Counted from the first letter of the stretch, positions 9,501 to 19,183 are shown. The stretch is DNA of 64,000 bases from an uncultured Acidobacteriaceae bacterium (GCA_963795775.1 CAWCJL010000007.1:4-64003), one strand, 5' to 3'. Made by a program: numbers and translations. The notes: a model not told the origin generated them from the sequence alone.

Positions 9501-11214
9501 GATAAACCGAAGCCACCAATACGAGGAACGCCGGGTCTTTCCTTCCGGTGCGCAGTTCTTCTTCAGGCATGCGCTGAAGATCGCGCATGGCTTCAGCATC
9601 TTGTCCGAGTTGGTGATGCACGCTGATAAGCGCGCGCCAGGCGTCCCCGTTCTCCGGATCCGCGGCCACAACGCCCTGGTACATACGCGCCGCTGCGTTA
9701 TAGCGCCGCGCCATCATCAGCAGGGAAGCGTACTGCATTTGCTTGCTGACGGGCAGGTTATCCATCGCATCCGGCAGCGGCATAGAAAGAGCCCGCTTCA
9801 CGATGCGGTCTGCCACGGCCTGATCTCCGGACGCTGCGTAGTCGGCAGCCAGAGTACTGAGGAAATCGGGATCCTTTTCAAGAGTCTGACGAAGACTGGC
9901 CGGGATGCGTTCCGCCGTCGAGAGTGCCTCCTGAACGCGATGCGCTTGCGACTGTGCCGCGAGCAGCCCGCGCCAGCTGACTGCACTGTTGCCATTCAAA
10001 GCAAGGGCGCGCTCGAAGGGGGCGATGGCGTCTTCCGGCTTGCCTGCCTTGAGCAGAGCGCCCCCGAGCCCTTCGAGGGCCTCAGGGCTGTCAGACCGGA
10101 TGGCGAGTGCCTGTTGGTAGCCTTTGACCGCCGTCTCTAGATCGCCGTCCTTCGCTTGCTGGCCAGCCCTCTGCATCTGGTCCCAAAAGCGCGAGGTGGC
10201 GAGAGCGTCGCTCACGGCGCGCTCATGATTGCCGGCTGTGATCGCCTGATCGAAGAACCGCGCCGCATCGGAAAATGCCTGAGCTTTCATCTTTACGAAT
10301 CCCATGCCCGCCAGCGCGCGTTGATCCTGCGGCTCCCGTGCAAGCACAGACTGGAACTTCTGTTCGGCACCGGCCAGGTCACCGCTGTTGAGCGCGCGGT
10401 ATCCGGCGCCGTAAGCGGGATTGTCTCCCGGAGAGCTTTCGTGGTTCGATGCGCCCGCGCCCGGAGCGCCGAAATCGGCCCCACGTCCAGTCGCATTGTG
10501 CGCCGTATTGCCCGCCTGAGCTTCCCAGGCCAGGGCCTGCCGCAGGGCATCATCCGCAGCGGGCAGCGTGTCATACCGCCGAAGAATCGCGATGCCTTCC
10601 GCCCGGGTCTTTGGGTTATAAGTGAGCACACGGCCCAGGGTAATGCTATAGCGCTGTTCGGCAGGGAATTGACGTACCAGTTCGCGTAAACCGGCAATGG
10701 CGTGGGCTCGTCCATTCTCCGTAGCAGCCTCGGTATCGTAATACGCCAGTGCCCAGTCCCCCGAAGGCGGATTGTCGCCAAAGACCTCGCGATAAATCTG
10801 CATGGCCTGAGCGTACTGGCCAGCCTTGGCCAGGTTTCCGGCTTTGGTCAGGCGTTCTCCCTGGGTGGAGGTTCCTTCCATCCCCTGGATATGTGCGATG
10901 TCCGCCTGTGTTCCTCCCGCTTTGCGCAGGCGCTCGAGATACAGGTGCGCCTCTTGCGATCTGCCCAGTTTGAGATCTGCGCTTGCAATTCCGCGGAGTG
11001 CCTCGAGATTGTTCGCATCGGAGAGCAGGATCTGCTGCCAGGTTTGCACTGCGATGTCCAGATGCCCATGCGCGGCGAGAGAACGCGCCTTGTCGAGCAG
11101 CACTTTTACGGTGGCCGATGACTCTGCATGCGCATACGGCAAGGACGCCGAACTCAAGATACAGGTGGCCATCAATAACGTTTTCCGAAATCCCATTGCT
11201 GTTACCTTTCCCAT
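6559..11214 (-). CDS. bcsC: Cellulose synthase operon protein C (TPR repeats + C-terminal outer-membrane beta-barrel)
   Basis: Has a long run of TPR-like repeats and a C-terminal Gly/Tyr-rich barrel (GGQYLTGRHV...YFTYGQGGYFSP...). It sits directly downstream of bcsZ. Signal-peptide-compatible starts are at 11214 (MGKVTAMGFRKTLLMATCIL...) or 11196. Confidence 0.85.
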   Translation of the reverse strand: MGKVTAMGFRKTLLMATCILSSASLPYAHAESSATVKVLLDKARSLAAHGHLDIAVQTWQQILLSDANNLEALRGIASADLKLGRSQEAHLYLERLRKAGGTQADIAHIQGMEGTSTQGERLTKAGNLAKAGQYAQAMQIYREVFGDNPPSGDWALAYYDTEAATENGRAHAIAGLRELVRQFPAEQRYSITLGRVLTYNPKTRAEGIAILRRYDTLPAADDALRQALAWEAQAGNTAHNATGRGADFGAPGAGASNHESSPGDNPAYGAGYRALNSGDLAGAEQKFQSVLAREPQDQRALAGMGFVKMKAQAFSDAARFFDQAITAGNHERAVSDALATSRFWDQMQRAGQQAKDGDLETAVKGYQQALAIRSDSPEALEGLGGALLKAGKPEDAIAPFERALALNGNSAVSWRGLLAAQSQAHRVQEALSTAERIPASLRQTLEKDPDFLSTLAADYAASGDQAVADRIVKRALSMPLPDAMDNLPVSKQMQYASLLMMARRYNAAARMYQGVVAADPENGDAWRALISVHHQLGQDAEAMRDLQRMPEEELRTGRKDPAFLVLVASVYQSQNRLEDAQKYLEAAIAHTSSPSVALQNQLASVYMAQGDGQQAYRLYEHALEASPDSLDAWRGLLGSLHQMHRDREALEQMSSIPSDLRAKLEQDPGYLETTAGIRTSLGQTRQALESFSRLNAIYASSGSDRPADTLIEEGWLLLDAGDDAQLYRTIERLASKDHLTEPQENQFNKLWVSWTVRKARRSARAGDSRRALSILEASARAFPGNAMVEGALADAYLESGQAKRALALYSTLDMTQASADLYQAAVGAALAAHDRRQAELWLETALGRYGQDPKILQLAAQFEQDRGDARKAAAYYRAALRAMGPQTQAELIADNDGNQAEDGPRAATNPREQLLEMLAPLGTRHSSNDGEAESTRTGHDLRSSLLSEDLPVHRTLADLSDENDPPVVRSGLRQARVGASDADPEQSTPTRSLPAPRFTEPAKEPSSAPAETTASEPLHTARSTTEMVPEGPQHPRPKVRETVRIRPTSFTLPFGTAPEYLQVQSAEVKTQSHLMAAVADGSDEDGTANSRGTQKEVRQLRGEAPGSVADDDAGATLWPLRAGAESRVPRRDKADEDAAAEPLPPLTGSSSSHAMVRTLTAREQDQDRLAAIESASTGWLGGTSSLDYHSGQPGYDRLTIFGSQVEASSMLGSGARLTTLVGPVLLDGGSATSDATFRQGTLPAETTPYIQTAAGVGGEIQLRTRSVGAALGYTPHGFLIENPTGRLMVRPDAGPVTFSFERQPVEDTQLSYAGLRDLGSRGPSYDGNVWGGVISNAAELQVARGDGNSGWYFQGGGQYLTGRHVPTNNRIDGDAGSYWAVWSKPDSGTLTIGANFFGMHYAHNLRYFTYGQGGYFSPAAYMLGNVPIGFTGHYGRNFHYQASGSLGVQAFQEDSAAYYPLDPALQAATPNAYYAERTSVGGNYNVNAEGAYAIADHWYVGASVSLNNSRDYKSSRVGFFVRFTSKSQTPDAQLGPTGILPNQGLRPLLLP

Positions 11215-12335
11215 TTCAACTTCAGTTGTCCGTCGGCAGAGAATTGATAACGATGCTCCGCCCAGCCCAAAGCAAACATCGCCAGATTTTGGTCGTAGTA
11301 ATGTGTGTCCGGTCCGTACAAACCGGTTTGCGGATTCCACTGTGCTTCAACAAGCTTCTGTTGCACGGCTGACTCGGCCAGCCCCGCGGCGTCCAGGTAG
11401 GGTATGAGAGCAGCAGAAAAGCCCACTGGAGCGTTTGTGCTCACCACACGTCCATCCGGCCCGACGATCTCGGGCGGCCCATCATGGGTGGACATGTAGC
11501 TGCCCATCCCTGAAAGTGCTTCGAGAATCTCGTTGCGGCCCGCTGTCTTCTTATCCGTCAGGCCGGCCCACAAGTAGACACGGATCGCATCGTAGCTTCC
11601 GGCGGCTACCCCGGAGCTCCCCGGAGATGGAACAGACTTGAAGCCGTCCGGTTCAGCAAACGATACCCAGTCCATGGCGAACGCATGCGGCGTAGCCAGC
11701 TTCAGCCATCCGGGAAACGCAGAGGCAATGCCGTCCCACGGACCATCAGGATGCGCGCCTTGCGCGCGGGCGAGCAGGAATAGTGGGAGATAGCTCGGGT
11801 TCAGCGTCGCCGTATTCTCAGACGTCTGGAAGCCATGCGCTGCCGGCAACAGGACCGGCCCGACAGAGGGGAGGACTGCGACCTCGCTCCGCTCCATCAG
11901 CGCCAGTTGGTCCATGCCGCTCTTCGTATATTTAGGCTGGTCCCAGAGACGGCCTGCCTCCAGCAGCGTGCATGCAATCCAAAGATCGGCGTCGGACGCA
12001 GAGTTGCGGTCGAGCACTCCCCACTTATCGTGCGGACTCCGACCCCAGCTCCAGGCGGCAAGATGCTTCTGAAAGCTGCCTCCCGCCAGGTTGCGCTCCG
12101 TCCAGTTATAGAGCTTTTCAAAGCGAACTGGGTCATTGGCTACGAGCGCGAAGAAGAGCCCATACGCCTGTCCTTCGGACGTCGTCATCTCGTTACGGTC
12201 ATGGTCCACAACACGGCCACTCGGATCGAGAAAGTGGTCGGCGTAATGACCCCACAGAGGCCAGGTCTCCTGGGCCTGCGCCGGGGCGATTGTATTCAGG
12301 CTTAGTACCGCGACCAGAAGTGGAGAGAGCTTCAT
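11202..12335 (-). CDS. bcsZ: Periplasmic endo-1,4-beta-glucanase, GH8 (BcsZ)
   Basis: Has a signal peptide (MKLSPLLVAVLSLNTIAPAQAQ). GH8 motifs present: TTSEGQAYGLFFALVANDP and SASDADLWIA. Located between bcsAB and bcsC. Confidence 0.85.
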   Translation of the reverse strand: MKLSPLLVAVLSLNTIAPAQAQETWPLWGHYADHFLDPSGRVVDHDRNEMTTSEGQAYGLFFALVANDPVRFEKLYNWTERNLAGGSFQKHLAAWSWGRSPHDKWGVLDRNSASDADLWIACTLLEAGRLWDQPKYTKSGMDQLALMERSEVAVLPSVGPVLLPAAHGFQTSENTATLNPSYLPLFLLARAQGAHPDGPWDGIASAFPGWLKLATPHAFAMDWVSFAEPDGFKSVPSPGSSGVAAGSYDAIRVYLWAGLTDKKTAGRNEILEALSGMGSYMSTHDGPPEIVGPDGRVVSTNAPVGFSAALIPYLDAAGLAESAVQQKLVEAQWNPQTGLYGPDTHYYDQNLAMFALGWAEHRYQFSADGQLKLKWER

Positions 12336-15300
12336 GCCTCGCCCACCCTCAAGCGCGCTTCAGCTCTGCGATCAAGGCGGAGGCGTGCCCAAGGCGCAAG
12401 CAGCGCCCCGAATGCAAACATAAAGACCACGCCAAGCCAGGGAAGCTTCTGGAACCAGAAACGCAGGCGAGCGCCGAGCGGCAGAGAGCCTACGTGGTAG
12501 TAGTGATTTACGATCTGAAAGGAGTCGAAGCGGCCATCGCTGAGAACAGAAAGCGATCCGTGGATCTGCGCGGAATCTGCCGCCTTCAGGAATCCGGCAG
12601 CCAACGCTGAGCCTGCATTCTCATTCTGGAGAGCAATCACGACGATAGACCGCCCGGGAGCTGACGGAGATTCCATGGCTTCGATCAGCGCGTCCGGTGA
12701 GTGGTCCATGGCCTCCTGAAGCCTTCTTGATTCCGCCGCCCCGCTCAAGTCAATCAAGGATGAGGAGCTCATACCAGCGAGCTTCCACCACGTCCGCTGC
12801 ACATGGCTCAAGTAACTGCCGGTGAGCAGCGGGCTATCCCCCAGACCCATGGGCAGTTTGTCAGTCAGCGCTTCGAATACAGGCTGGTGACCGGACGCGC
12901 CGATGACCAGGAGGTCGCGGTCGCTTTCCAGGCTGTGCGCATCTCCCAGCTCAAGGCGCAGGGCAGGGTACCCCGTCTCGGCTCCGAAATACCCGGTGAG
13001 CGCGAGGAAGACGGACAGTTCATCAGCGGTAGGTGCGTCGGGGAGAACAACCGTGGTCTGTGAAAGATCGGCGAAGCGAGTGAAAGGAAAGCCCGCATTC
13101 GCAAACAGTTCCAGGTTGGGGAGCGTGGCCCAGTGCGGGATTCCGCGGAGATCCAGGTACGACCGGCGCATCAGATCACCCTGGAAGCTGGCCGGCGTTG
13201 AAGCGTGGCAGTAATCGTGCTTAGGCTGCTGGAAGTAGAAGTTAAAGAGAAAGGTATTGGCCACAGGGCGAAGGCCCGTAACTGGAAGCTGAACCACGCT
13301 GTCGTGCGCGACATTGTTCCCGGGCTCCCGTCGCAGCGGTAGGTCGTCTACGCGTGCTCCGTTCACGGTCAGCCGAAGGAAGGAACCGGGGGAGACGGAA
13401 GCAGCGTTATATTCATAGCCCAGGTGCAGAGGAAGCGTGGCGCGATCCCCGAAAAACAGATCGGGAGGCATGCGGACATACGCTGGTATTGCGTCGGTAC
13501 CATCACTGTGCAGCGTCGCACCTTCGGAGTAGCTCCATAGCGAGGACTCCTCATCCGCATGCAGCCAGCGCGGAGCGTCATCGGCGCGCCTCGGCGCGGG
13601 AAGCATGACGGCTTCGGCGTGCATCTCCGAGCCTTCCAATTTGCCTTTCCTGAGTACAAGGCTCTGCGCCGCGGCGAGGAGTTGGTCTTCATCATCGCCC
13701 GCTACTATGAGCAGCTTTCCATTTGGATCAGAAGGATTGGTGCGGATGGCAATGGTGGGGCCGGCGCCGCTCAGACCCAGCGCGCTCAGCAATGGCGAGC
13801 TATGAAGCGCGAAGAGAACGGCATTTCCCGCCGGCACCGAACCGAGAGATACCGGGAAGAGCAGCCTGCGTGAGTTTGCCTGTACACCGAACCAGGAAGC
13901 AACGAGCCCGGCTGCACGGAAGGACGTACGTGTCGGCTGTGCGCCGAAGGCAAACGGGATGGTGACCGACTGCAAGCTGAGCTGATCGTCGTAAAAGGGA
14001 AGTGGCAAGGAGCCCAGATCGTTGCCCAGAGTCAAAAGCGAGCCTGCCACATCGAGCCGGGATTGCGCGTCGATGTTGGCCCACAGGGCACTGTCCAGCG
14101 GGTTTTCGCAAAGCGCCGAATAATGTCCGTAGAAGTGGAAGGTGAGCACATTGTGACGCGCCAACAGTTCGGCCGGCAGGGGAAGATCTGCGGTCAGCAC
14201 CTCACCCTCGCGAACCTCTTTAGGAACGGGAAGAGTGGAGACAAGCGTCTGATTGAGCAGCACGTCGAGATGGCTCTGCTCGGAAATGAGCTTGCGGGAG
14301 AAGCGGTAACGGAGATGCAACGTAGAGCTTTCTGCCACCTGCGCCAGCGGCAGCCCGAAGCTGACGCTCCTGATCGCGTCGGTACCCCGCAGATCGAGTC
14401 CGTCGCCAGCCCCGAAATCCGCTAGCGAGTAGCCGCTGTGAAAGCTCTTCCGCTCCCCCGCAGCTTCCGCGTTCACCGTCCCGTGGTGTCCGGCCGGTAC
14501 CGTCCTGGCGGCCGCTGCATGGGCCGATCCGAACAGCGCAAAGGCGAGCAGGAATGCGGCGCTGGCTGTTGCGGCAGCGCCTTCCGGCGAAGCAATTCTG
14601 CGCCGCCGGGGCACCAGGCCAACGAAGGAATATCCAAGTCCGCGCAGAGACAGCTTGAAAATACGGAGCAGGCTCAAGAGCGGCTTGTCGTCCATTCGCC
14701 TGCTATCCCGCTTGAGCCAGGTGTCAGCGCGAGAGTAGAGCAGTAGCGTGAGTTGCTCCTCCTGCTCAAGCGAGAGTGCCTCGAAGCGGAAGCGGAGAAG
14801 GTCGTTTTCGATATCCACGACTGACGCGGGGAGCCGGATTTCCTGTTCTCCGGGACGAAACACGATATCGAAGCTGCTCGCCTGCGCAACCGCGGTCGCA
14901 TTCTGCAGTCTCAGCGAGCCGCCGCCCAGCGAAAGGTCTCCGGTGGAGCCTGACAAGCGAACGCTGCCAGGGAGTTCCACCTCAAGTGGAACTCTAAGGT
15001 CAAGGCGCACGGCGTCGCGGCGCTGCTGCGATTCGATGGCAACCGCATTGGCCGTACCCACGATCACGCAGTTAAACAAGATCCAGAAGACGTTCATCAA
15101 TACGGCGCCATGGTGTTCCGCGTCGCGGTAGAAATAGCGCCAAGGAGCAAGTGCAAGCGCGACGTAGTTCATCAGAAGAAGAAAGTTATAGGGCCGCGCG
15201 ATGCGTGAATCGTAGTAACTCCGGTCCACAATCCCACCCTTCGAAGTCACGTTGAACCTGCCCAGTTTCGGGCTGATCAACGCAAGCAAGGTGGGGCCCA

Positions 15301-16741
15301 GAATGTAGGGCGCAAGCACCGTCTCATAGACTTCATTCCAGAACGAGTGTCGGTGCTCGCCCTGTATGCGCGAGTTCGTCATGCTCGATAGGACCAGGTG
15401 CGGGAATGCGTAGGCGGTGATCGCGAGCCAGTGCCCAGGGATGTTACGGAAGCCCAGCAGCATGTAAATGAGCGGCGCGGTAAGGAACACGAGGCGCGGC
15501 AAGGCGAACAGGTAATGCATCATCGCATTGAAATAGCAGAGCCGCTGAGGCAGCTTCAGCCCTCGCGCGAAGAGCGGGTTGTTGATCCGCAGGATCTGCA
15601 CCATGCCACGAGCCCAGCGAATCCTCTGGCCCACGTGGCGCGACAGGCTTTCCGTTGCCAGACCGGCGGCCTGGGGGATGTTGATATAGGCCGTATTCCA
15701 GCCACGCATCTGCAAACGCAACGAGGTGTGTGCGTCTTCTGTGACCGTCTCTGTGGCTATACCCCTGATTTGCTCGAGAGCGGAGCGGCGCAGCACCGCG
15801 CAGGAGCCACAGAAGAAAGTCGCATTCCACAGATCATTTCCGTCCTGAAGAATCCCGTAAAAGAGCTCGCCCTCATTCGGCACCGTCTTGTACGCCGAAA
15901 GATTGCGTTCAAATGGGTCGGGCGAGTAGAAGTGATGGGGCGTCTGCAGCATGCCGAGCTTCGCATCGCGCAGGAACCAGCCGGCAGTCACCTGGAGAAA
16001 GCTGCGGGTAGGTACGTGGTCGCAGTCGAAAATCGCGACCAATGGCGAGGAGAGTTGGGCTAGAGCGTTGTTGATGTTGCCGGCTTTCGCGTGCCGATTG
16101 TCCTTGCGCGTGATATAGCCGATGCCGAGCTGTTCGGCAAAGGCACGGAACTCTTCACGCCTGCCATCATCGAGGATGTAGACGTGCAGCTTTTCGTGCG
16201 GGTAGTCCACATTCGCGGCAGCGAAAGCAGTGGAACGTACTACCGAGAGCGGTTCGTTGTAGGTCGGTATCAGGACATCTACGTCAGGCCATGCAGATGG
16301 ATCCTGGGGAAGCGGCGCCGAACCCCGGCGCAGCGGCCGCGCCGTTTGGATGTAGCCGAGGAAGAGAATGACGAACGCGTAGACTTCGGCGCCGAGCAGC
16401 AGCAGCATGAAGAAGAGGTCCCAGCCGCCGATGTTTTGATTCGGGTTGGTAACTGCTTCATACACTGTTCGGCAGCGCCAGACGGCGTAGCGGCAGGTGG
16501 CCAGAAGCGAAGCCCCGATCATGATCAGCGTGATCGATTCAGTCTTCGGCAGGCGGCAGATCGAAACGGCAAAGGCCACCGTGAGCAGGCCAACCAGGGC
16601 CTGTTGCGGCCAGTCAAACCGGACCGTCACACACTGGTATGCAGCAAAGGCGAGCACCGCGCCGACCATGATGCGCAGCAAGCGGTAAGGCCACGTGGTT
16701 GCGGTGCCGATGCGTAACCAAAGGCGAGAGATGGGGTTCAT
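12332..16741 (-). CDS. bcsA: Cellulose synthase catalytic subunit fused to the BcsB periplasmic subunit (BcsAB, 1469 aa)
   Basis: GT2 motifs present: YILDDG, DCDH, TEDAHTSLRLQ, QRIRWARG. PilZ motifs present: RRDAVR (RxxxR) and GDLSLGGG (DxSxxG). A BcsB-like region of about 750 aa follows, with a C-terminal TM anchor (LPWLGVVFMFAFGALLAPW). It is one uninterrupted ORF. Confidence 0.9.
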   Translation of the reverse strand: MNPISRLWLRIGTATTWPYRLLRIMVGAVLAFAAYQCVTVRFDWPQQALVGLLTVAFAVSICRLPKTESITLIMIGASLLATCRYAVWRCRTVYEAVTNPNQNIGGWDLFFMLLLLGAEVYAFVILFLGYIQTARPLRRGSAPLPQDPSAWPDVDVLIPTYNEPLSVVRSTAFAAANVDYPHEKLHVYILDDGRREEFRAFAEQLGIGYITRKDNRHAKAGNINNALAQLSSPLVAIFDCDHVPTRSFLQVTAGWFLRDAKLGMLQTPHHFYSPDPFERNLSAYKTVPNEGELFYGILQDGNDLWNATFFCGSCAVLRRSALEQIRGIATETVTEDAHTSLRLQMRGWNTAYINIPQAAGLATESLSRHVGQRIRWARGMVQILRINNPLFARGLKLPQRLCYFNAMMHYLFALPRLVFLTAPLIYMLLGFRNIPGHWLAITAYAFPHLVLSSMTNSRIQGEHRHSFWNEVYETVLAPYILGPTLLALISPKLGRFNVTSKGGIVDRSYYDSRIARPYNFLLLMNYVALALAPWRYFYRDAEHHGAVLMNVFWILFNCVIVGTANAVAIESQQRRDAVRLDLRVPLEVELPGSVRLSGSTGDLSLGGGSLRLQNATAVAQASSFDIVFRPGEQEIRLPASVVDIENDLLRFRFEALSLEQEEQLTLLLYSRADTWLKRDSRRMDDKPLLSLLRIFKLSLRGLGYSFVGLVPRRRRIASPEGAAATASAAFLLAFALFGSAHAAAARTVPAGHHGTVNAEAAGERKSFHSGYSLADFGAGDGLDLRGTDAIRSVSFGLPLAQVAESSTLHLRYRFSRKLISEQSHLDVLLNQTLVSTLPVPKEVREGEVLTADLPLPAELLARHNVLTFHFYGHYSALCENPLDSALWANIDAQSRLDVAGSLLTLGNDLGSLPLPFYDDQLSLQSVTIPFAFGAQPTRTSFRAAGLVASWFGVQANSRRLLFPVSLGSVPAGNAVLFALHSSPLLSALGLSGAGPTIAIRTNPSDPNGKLLIVAGDDEDQLLAAAQSLVLRKGKLEGSEMHAEAVMLPAPRRADDAPRWLHADEESSLWSYSEGATLHSDGTDAIPAYVRMPPDLFFGDRATLPLHLGYEYNAASVSPGSFLRLTVNGARVDDLPLRREPGNNVAHDSVVQLPVTGLRPVANTFLFNFYFQQPKHDYCHASTPASFQGDLMRRSYLDLRGIPHWATLPNLELFANAGFPFTRFADLSQTTVVLPDAPTADELSVFLALTGYFGAETGYPALRLELGDAHSLESDRDLLVIGASGHQPVFEALTDKLPMGLGDSPLLTGSYLSHVQRTWWKLAGMSSSSLIDLSGAAESRRLQEAMDHSPDALIEAMESPSAPGRSIVVIALQNENAGSALAAGFLKAADSAQIHGSLSVLSDGRFDSFQIVNHYYHVGSLPLGARLRFWFQKLPWLGVVFMFAFGALLAPWARLRLDRRAEARLRVGEA

Positions 16742-17838
16742 TGCTCACTCCAACGTGCCGCCGTTGCCGATGAGATTGCAGAGACCGCGATGTGAGCCTG
16801 TATCCAGCGCGCAATCTGCTGGTATGCCCGTGCTGCCTTGGAATGAGGGGCGTAGTCGGCAACGCTCATGCCCGCAGCGAGTGCCTGGTCCACATCCGGA
16901 GAGCGTTCCACCGCGTACTCCAGGAGCCTGGAGCCCAACTGGCGCTCGATCAGTTCGCGCACCTTCTGCGCAAAGGGGCTATCGTCCACGTTGTTCAGCA
17001 GATAATGCACTTCCAAATCCGGCCGGCCATACTGCTTCAGCAGGTCATCGGTCCCATGCAGGGCGCGGATGCATCGAACATCGGCCAGGAGCGGCACAAA
17101 GACGTGAGAGCAGAGGGAGAGTGCACCTCGCAACGTGTCGCTGCTCATGCAAGCCAGATCCAGAATGGTCCGTTCCGCCCCCGCCATGGCCGCTGCAACG
17201 TCTTTCGAAAACCACTCCGGGCTCAGCTTTTCTGGCGCAATCAGTTGCAGGGGGGGCTGGCGCTTTTGCGGCGCGACAAAGGTACGGAGACCCGCCTTAT
17301 GTTCATGAGCACCAAAGAAATACTCGAGGCTTCCGGCTTCCGAGCTGTCCACGAGAACTACGTGCTCGCCCATTTGCGAAAGCGCGCTCGCGATGTTCGC
17401 GGCCAGGCTGGTGCGGCCCACACCTCCCACCAACGAAAAGAACCCGATCCCTCGTTGGCCGTCCCCGCTGGAAGTGTTCAGCGTGTGCCGAACACTTGCG
17501 CGGAGTGCGTGCAATGCCGAACCAGTCGCGGGCGCAGCAGCCGGCTTGTCCGTGCCAGAGTTCGCGAGGACTGCAGGTGAAGCCAGATTGCTGACGTGGG
17601 AGGAAGCCGGTGACGAAGCGACGGCAACGAGATCATCGACCTTGTTGCTACTTTTGTTAGCCGCTGATTCGATCTGCGCGGCTATCGTGGCCTGTGTACT
17701 GGGTGCTTCGGTACGGGGGCGCGGCCGGTCAAACTTGCGGTATTCGCCATCCTGCAGATTCGCGCGGAGCAGGAGCGCGGCTATATCTGTCTCGAGACCT
17801 TCAGAATTTTCCGGGGCAGTAGGATTATTTGTATTCAT
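16738..17838 (-). CDS. bcsQ: BcsQ/YhjQ-like ParA/MinD-family ATPase with about 130-aa N-terminal extension
   Basis: Has a deviant Walker A region, FFSLVGGVGRTSLAANIASAL. It is the first gene of the bcs operon and overlaps the bcsAB start by 4 nt. Confidence 0.75.
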   Translation of the reverse strand: MNTNNPTAPENSEGLETDIAALLLRANLQDGEYRKFDRPRPRTEAPSTQATIAAQIESAANKSSNKVDDLVAVASSPASSHVSNLASPAVLANSGTDKPAAAPATGSALHALRASVRHTLNTSSGDGQRGIGFFSLVGGVGRTSLAANIASALSQMGEHVVLVDSSEAGSLEYFFGAHEHKAGLRTFVAPQKRQPPLQLIAPEKLSPEWFSKDVAAAMAGAERTILDLACMSSDTLRGALSLCSHVFVPLLADVRCIRALHGTDDLLKQYGRPDLEVHYLLNNVDDSPFAQKVRELIERQLGSRLLEYAVERSPDVDQALAAGMSVADYAPHSKAARAYQQIARWIQAHIAVSAISSATAARWSEQ

Positions 17839-18230
17839 CTCTCGCGTCGGTCATCAACAGCAGTGTGTGAACAACAGTCGCTGGACACACGCATGGCCAC
17901 GACTGCCTGCACTTCGGTGTTGTTGTGTGCGTGATTACGGCCTCAGCATACAAGAGGTTGCGCCTGATGCTAGTACCACCTCCGATGTAGGACATGACCC
18001 GTTGTGCGCAAGGTCACTGGCCCGATCCGTCGCCCAATTCGCGAACAGATCAGCGAAGCGCAACCGAGCCGCTCGCGGGCGCGAGCTCTCTGGTAGTCCC
18101 AGTGGGGAGAAGATTCAAGGCCGGCCGAATTTTGGTGACAGATCGAGGTGTTCAGACGCGGTCGCGTTCAGCAACCGCCGTTGTGTCACATACTCGATCA
18201 CTGAAGATGCTCGACAGGCGAGTCAGCGTC

Positions 18231-19154
18231 TCAGAGTGCGATCCAGCCGGCGCGGATCGCGAAGAGGGAAGCGGTCGCGATCACGATCCAGAGGAGCACG
18301 CCCTGGATCATGGGACGGGGGCCGACCTGCCGCAGCGTCTGCTTTGAAAGGCCGGTCCCGATGAGAAACAGCACCACCGTGAGGCCGAGACGCCCCAGCC
18401 GCGCCAGCACCGGGTACAAAGGGGCGAAGACCGGGACATACGTGCGCGCCACTGCGGCCATGCAAAAGAAAAGAATGAACCACGGCCACTGGATACGGGT
18501 CTTGCTCTTGGCGAAGTAGGCAGTCGCCAGGGCCAGGGGAACGATCCACAGTGCGCGTGTGAGCTTCACCGTGGTGCCGACCGCAAGCGCCTGCGCACCA
18601 TATTTCGCGGCGGCGCCTACGACGGAGCTGGTGTCGTGAATCGCCAGCGCGGCCCATAGCCCGAACTGCGTCTGTGACAGATGGAGTACGGAGCCAATGG
18701 GCGGGAAGATAAGCAACGCGACCGAGTTCAGGATGAAGACCGTGCCCAGGGAGACGGCCATCTCTTCGTCATTGGCATGCGTGATAGGGGCGACCGCGGC
18801 GATCGCGCTGCCTCCGCAGATCGCCGTGCCCGCGGTGATGAGGAACGCCGCTTTATCGCCCACGCGGCATAACCTGCCCAGCACGGTGCCGAGCAGCATG
18901 GCGAAGCTGATGGAGATCGCGGTATAGACGAAACCGCTGCGGCCCGCTTGCAGCACTTCCCCAAGGTTCATGCCGAAGCCGAGACAAACGACGGACGCCT
19001 GCAGCAGAAAACGGGAAAGACCGCGGCTATCTGCCGTGTAGGGGTGCACGAACGCGAACCCATACGCAAGCCCGAGCACCAGGGCAACGGGTGGCGAGAT
19101 GATGCCGCTCGCGGCAAGAATAATGCCGACGAAGAAGAGGATTCTGGGATTCAT
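18231..19154 (-). CDS. YeiH/UPF0324-family putative sulfate exporter membrane protein
   Basis: A 307-aa polytopic membrane protein. The N-terminus MNPRILFFVGIILAASGIISPPVALVLGLAYG and overall pattern resemble the YeiH family. Assigned by eye. Confidence 0.6.
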   Translation of the reverse strand: MNPRILFFVGIILAASGIISPPVALVLGLAYGFAFVHPYTADSRGLSRFLLQASVVCLGFGMNLGEVLQAGRSGFVYTAISISFAMLLGTVLGRLCRVGDKAAFLITAGTAICGGSAIAAVAPITHANDEEMAVSLGTVFILNSVALLIFPPIGSVLHLSQTQFGLWAALAIHDTSSVVGAAAKYGAQALAVGTTVKLTRALWIVPLALATAYFAKSKTRIQWPWFILFFCMAAVARTYVPVFAPLYPVLARLGRLGLTVVLFLIGTGLSKQTLRQVGPRPMIQGVLLWIVIATASLFAIRAGWIAL

Positions 19155-19183
19155 GGGTTCAGCAGCAAGTGTACGGGATGTGT

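Noticed and set aside
17826-17996. 56-codon minus-strand ORF overlapping the bcsQ start, considered as a BcsR-like small operon protein
   Set aside because: It has no resemblance to BcsR/YhjR, an odd Cys/Thr-rich sequence, weaker third-position G+C than neighbouring genes, and no convincing ribosome-binding site.
17839-18230. Possible c-di-GMP riboswitch (GEMM) in the bcs operon leader
   Set aside because: On the operon strand I could not find the conserved GEMM-I/II core elements by eye. Only a covariance-model scan could settle this.
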